A stretch of 62,261 nt of DNA, the filler included, from Sanchytrium tribonematis (Eukaryota), in NCBI GenBank assembly GCA_018985235.1. It is 8 parts of 8 records of this genome, joined end to end, with 100 filler letters (N's around TTAATTAATTAA, not from the genome) between each part and the next. Parts side by side here need not be neighbours in the genome. Positions count along the whole stretch, not along the records: positions 54,599 to 62,261 come from JADGIG010000425.1; 7 more parts are not named here. One strand, written 5' to 3'. The stretch's first letter is position 1, and each line of letters begins with the position of its first letter. A model generated the notes under the pieces. That model was not told the DNA's origin. It saw only the letters and a list, made by a program, of their open reading frames with translations, and ran no database searches. The position numbers and the translations under genes are program-made. Below, one piece after another: positions 58,290-62,261 of the stretch.

Positions 58290-59198
58290 ATGCAAAAACA
58301 CGTGAATCTTTTCATTGCAATGTTTCGACATGGGTGGAAGATACCAGTGGCACATGTCATGATTACAGCATTTACTAGTGACAAAGAATCTATTGAGTCA
58401 CTGGGATTACCTGTCACATCCCAAATCATTCACAAATCTGGATATATTGCGCAAGTGGATTATTTCAGAAAAGTGCCATTGTGGGTTCTAGAACACTATA
58501 CGAATCAATCATTGCGTAAAGAACAAGGTGTTTCCCGTCAAGATGTCCCATTTAAGCCAGATGCATTAATTCCAATCGTATTTCAAGCAAGAAATGAAGA
58601 TTATCTAAAAAGTGGATATTCTCGTGGACATATGGCACCCGCAGCAGCCCATAAAGTGAGTCAACAACATATGGATGATACATTTCATTTAAGCAATATC
58701 ATTCCTCAAGATTTTGAGAATAATAAGAATTATTGGGCCTCTTTAGAGAATTGGTCCAGATCACTTGTGAATAGAGGATTTGAAGATGTGTGGGTGTTGA
58801 GTGGACCTTGTTGGATGCCAGATTCATATAAATATAGTAATCAATGGACCCCGTCGAGTAAAGATTTAATAAAAATGGACACGATTGGAAATCAAAGAAT
58901 TGCCGTCCCAAGTCATTTATACAAGGTAATAGTGGCTAAATTCCCATCCACCTCTAATGGTTCATCCAATGTCACATCGAGCCCATTCCCAGATTATGTC
59001 GTGGCTGCATTTTTACTCCCAAATGCCCCAATTCCAAAAAATACAGATTTGAGATCATTTGAAGTCCCATTATTCTTTTTAGAACAATGTACTGGTATTC
59101 ACATGTTCCCACAATTAAATAGAAGTAATTTAGGATCATTATGTACCATAAAAATGGCAAATAATAATGAACCCATTTGTTGGTTAAAGCAAAAATAA
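58290..59198 (+). CDS. DNA/RNA non-specific endonuclease (EndoG/Nuc1 family)
   Basis: PLWVLEH, SGYSRGHMAPAA, TFHLSNIIPQ...N...W..LE, VPSHLYKV. Confidence 0.92.
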   Translation: MQKHVNLFIAMFRHGWKIPVAHVMITAFTSDKESIESLGLPVTSQIIHKSGYIAQVDYFRKVPLWVLEHYTNQSLRKEQGVSRQDVPFKPDALIPIVFQARNEDYLKSGYSRGHMAPAAAHKVSQQHMDDTFHLSNIIPQDFENNKNYWASLENWSRSLVNRGFEDVWVLSGPCWMPDSYKYSNQWTPSSKDLIKMDTIGNQRIAVPSHLYKVIVAKFPSTSNGSSNVTSSPFPDYVVAAFLLPNAPIPKNTDLRSFEVPLFFLEQCTGIHMFPQLNRSNLGSLCTIKMANNNEPICWLKQK

Positions 59199-59224
59199 AT
59201 AATAGGGATAAAACCCATTTTGCG

Positions 59225-60379
59225 ATGATTTCAAATCCAAATAAAGAGAGAATAAACCACCCCATTATATCCAAATCCACCTCTATTGAATATATGAATG
59301 ACGTCACAATCAACAAATCTTTCATACTCGGTTCTGGATCTTATGGCAGAGTATATCTCGGAATGTTGCAAAATCAACAAATTGCCATAAAAGTATTTAG
59401 CAATAATGTCCAATTTGTATCAGATGCTTCAGAATTAAGTAAAGAAGTGCTCAAAGAAATCAAAGTACCAGAGAAATTAACTGATTTTTCATATATTTGC
59501 AAATATCATGGTTTAACTTCAATTGAAGGTGAATTAGGTCTCGTGATGGAATATGTTGATAATTGCTCACTCCATACATGGCTACATAGATTTCCCAATG
59601 ATCCAGATCACCCAAAATCACTCACAAACTCACAAAAACATCAAATCCAAATAGGCATCGCCAGTGCTTTACAATACATCCATTCCAATAAAATAGCCCA
59701 TAATGATCTCAAACCACTTAATATCATGTTAGATAGCCAATTCAATCCCAAATTAATTGATTTTGGAATGGTCAAATTATTAAATTCATCTTTAAAATCT
59801 GTTGGCAATTCTTATCGGGTTCCCAGTGGCACTATCAATTACAGACCACCAGAATATTGGTCAAATAATGTCACTCAATCTCAGCAATTTCCATTTGCAG
59901 GTGATATTTATTCATTTGCCATTATTTTAGGAGAAATGGCAACAAATAGAATCCCATGGTCTAATTGTAATATCATTGAAAATCAAATTAAAAATGAGTT
60001 ACGCCCATACTCCAAAGATCAAATTAATCCTCAATTATTCCAAATTATTGAAAAATCATGGCAACTACATCCAAAAGATAGAAATGACATTTCTACTATT
60101 TTGAAACAATTACAACATTATAATGAATTAAATCAAGTAAATAAGCTACATGGCATTGCATTATATAGAGCATTCAAAAAATCCATTGTAAATACCAATT
60201 CTGAATTATTTGAGTTGATTTTAATCAAAATGATTCAATTTTTAGTTCCTGATGATATTCGTCGTTATAACAATACTCTATCCCATTTAAACTCTCAAAT
60301 AAAACAAATTATATCTCAAATTACCAATCCAGTCACCATATTTCAAGAGCAACTTTCAATCCATGAAATATTGTCATGA
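59225..60379 (+). CDS. TKL-like protein kinase, probably the N-terminal part of a kinase-SEL1 gene
   Basis: LGSGSYGRVY, IAIK, HNDLKPLNIML, DFG, GT..Y.PPE, DIYSF. Confidence 0.9.
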   Translation: MISNPNKERINHPIISKSTSIEYMNDVTINKSFILGSGSYGRVYLGMLQNQQIAIKVFSNNVQFVSDASELSKEVLKEIKVPEKLTDFSYICKYHGLTSIEGELGLVMEYVDNCSLHTWLHRFPNDPDHPKSLTNSQKHQIQIGIASALQYIHSNKIAHNDLKPLNIMLDSQFNPKLIDFGMVKLLNSSLKSVGNSYRVPSGTINYRPPEYWSNNVTQSQQFPFAGDIYSFAIILGEMATNRIPWSNCNIIENQIKNELRPYSKDQINPQLFQIIEKSWQLHPKDRNDISTILKQLQHYNELNQVNKLHGIALYRAFKKSIVNTNSELFELILIKMIQFLVPDDIRRYNNTLSHLNSQIKQIISQITNPVTIFQEQLSIHEILS

Positions 60380-60875
60380 TTCTAATGTACAATTGCTAGT
60401 AGGTGTTTGCTATTTAAAAGGACAAGGAATTGAACCAGATTATTCAAAAGCATTTGATTATTTCCAAAATGCGTCGGTATTAAATATTCCCGCAGGATAT
60501 TATTGGCTGGGATATTGCTATCAATATGGCTGCGGTTGTGATAAAGATAATGAATTAGCCATGAAATATTACAAATTAGCAGCTAAATCACATTATAGTG
60601 TCGCATACCAACAAATTGGGGATTTATATAAAATCGATGTTGCTCAAGCATTCCGATATTATCAATTGGGTGCTCATTATGGAAGTTCTTCAAGTTTCTG
60701 CAGATTGGGATATTGCTATCAAAAAGGGATTGGATGTGAAACAAATTTAAATGAAGCCATTCAATCCTATACAGTAGCATTGGAATTGGGAAATGATGAT
60801 GGAGTGCAAGATACTATTAATGAATTACAGCGTCTGCAACAAAAACAAGTTGAAAATGATTATATTTTATTATAA
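60363..60875 (+). CDS. SEL1-repeat domain, overlapping the kinase ORF in another frame
   Basis: VGVCYLKGQG..D..KAF.YF, LGYCYQYG.G..KD..LA, LGYCYQKGIG. Confidence 0.88.
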   Translation: MKYCHDSNVQLLVGVCYLKGQGIEPDYSKAFDYFQNASVLNIPAGYYWLGYCYQYGCGCDKDNELAMKYYKLAAKSHYSVAYQQIGDLYKIDVAQAFRYYQLGAHYGSSSSFCRLGYCYQKGIGCETNLNEAIQSYTVALELGNDDGVQDTINELQRLQQKQVENDYILL

Positions 60876-60878
60876 TAA

Positions 60879-61784
60879 TTATAAAATGGAAAATACACGA
60901 ATTAATTCAGTAATAAATGGATTCAATTGATATAACGTGTTTAATTGATTTAAATCTAGTACAAATTGTTGAGATTTGAAATAATTTGGATTCCAATTTT
61001 CTAAACATTTCAAATGACATGACTTGAAAAAACAAAGAAATGCACCAAAATCTGAAAATGGATTCATTTGATCAATTTTATTCCATATTATTGGAATTAT
61101 AGAATCAGATGCTACATCTACACGCTCTAATATTTGTACAATTTGCAAATATTGTTGTTTACGGATTTCTAGTAATGAATTCCATGTGTTTAATGCTAAT
61201 AAATCATATTTATCAATGAGTGGGTGATTGAAAATGAATGCTTTTAATGAAAAATAAAAATTATCAATGACCATTTCATTTAAATCTTGTAAATATTGTT
61301 GATTGATTTGATCCGGGTTCAAATTTAGTAGATATAAATTTGCTTTTTGATATTTCACATAATGCATTTCCTGATGTTGATGAAAATGAATTAATAAAGT
61401 TGTTGTTTGAAGGATTGTTTCATGTTCATTCCCATGTTCATTTGTGACATAATAATTGCATATAGCCGCATATGGCTGTATGATATTTGCCAATGGTTTA
61501 TAATAATCAGTACAAAATGGACTACTATTCAAAAATGTAGCCACTTGAATTAAATCTATACAAAACATCCAATTTTCAATAATTGGATTCGTGAGTAATT
61601 TGGCATAGTTCATGGCTGATGGATGTACTTGATAGTCTGCAACGCATTGATTGCCAATTGGATCATTCAGAATATCCTCTTTTGTAGAAATAGCTGTTAA
61701 AAGTAAAGATGGATATCCTTGTAAATTATTATATTGTTGACTCCAATAATGACTGGCAAATAAATGACAAAGTAAAATGACCAT
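60879..61784 (-). CDS. Putative secreted protein
   Basis: MVILLCHLFA signal-like start; 301 aa with several Cys. Confidence 0.6.
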   Translation of the reverse strand: MVILLCHLFASHYWSQQYNNLQGYPSLLLTAISTKEDILNDPIGNQCVADYQVHPSAMNYAKLLTNPIIENWMFCIDLIQVATFLNSSPFCTDYYKPLANIIQPYAAICNYYVTNEHGNEHETILQTTTLLIHFHQHQEMHYVKYQKANLYLLNLNPDQINQQYLQDLNEMVIDNFYFSLKAFIFNHPLIDKYDLLALNTWNSLLEIRKQQYLQIVQILERVDVASDSIIPIIWNKIDQMNPFSDFGAFLCFFKSCHLKCLENWNPNYFKSQQFVLDLNQLNTLYQLNPFITELIRVFSIL

Positions 61785-61905
61785 TAGATTTCAAGGGGGA
61801 TCATTTTTAATAAAAGAGATCCAATCAAATTAAAAAGGGAACATTTCATAATTTATTCAAATTCGTTTTCTTTTCTTGGATGGCAATTTAATATCCATAA
61901 TTTCA

Positions 61906-62261
61906 CTATATTACAAATTCATCCGAGCTAAAAGGCTCCATTGATTGTCCCCCAACTGTATCTAAATCAAAAGTGGATCCAATATTGACGCATTGATAGC
62001 TTTTAGTGTCAGTATCTTGAAAATGCGCACAGATATAGGGTCCGACAATTTGAATTGAATCTACGTCTCCGAAATCTTTAAATTGTTTAATTCGATGCCA
62101 TTCTGCATCCACATCCAAATCATATTGACGACACCAGACTTCTCCATTCCAATTTTTCAAGCACATGAAAGAATAATTGGGATCTTGAGATAATCTAATA
62201 TCTGTAACATCTTTGGGCTGAGTCATTTGATTGACAGAGTAAGGTGACGCATCCAATCCAG
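61906..62261 (-). CDS. 3' end of a hypothetical Cys-containing beta-rich protein
   Basis: Frame open from the window end to the stop at 61906. Confidence 0.45.
   Translation of the reverse strand, partial: GLDASPYSVNQMTQPKDVTDIRLSQDPNYSFMCLKNWNGEVWCRQYDLDVDAEWHRIKQFKDFGDVDSIQIVGPYICAHFQDTDTKSYQCVNIGSTFDLDTVGGQSMEPFSSDEFVI

Overview
AT-rich eukaryotic DNA made of 8 unlinked contigs of about 7.7 kb, sorted by length and joined by artificial 100-nt N/TTAATTAATTAA spacers, so adjacency across spacers has no meaning. Gene content (fungal-type COX5, ARG5,6 polyprotein, septin, YTH1, kinase-SEL1, sphingomyelin-synthase-like protein, many plant-RLP-like LRR genes) and tiny intergenic spacers point to a very compact early-diverging fungal genome; a sanchytrid-like organism is my inference, not established. 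Contigs 1, 5 and 6 are housekeeping-rich. Contigs 2-4 are accessory: three LINEs, pogo, Tc1, a Gypsy integrase and broken LRR receptor genes. Contigs 7-8 carry secreted-protein families. Highlights: (1) all seven introns I could resolve are exactly 19 nt, with an invariant A six nt from the 3' end; (2) a protein of at least 5 tandem globin domains; (3) a LINE whose endonuclease is preceded by a ubiquitin-like domain ending RIRGG and whose endonuclease-RT linker has an F-box-like insert; (4) a 19-nt intron just upstream of the TM anchor in three LRR genes; (5) a free-standing chromodomain-like ORF downstream of the Gypsy integrase.
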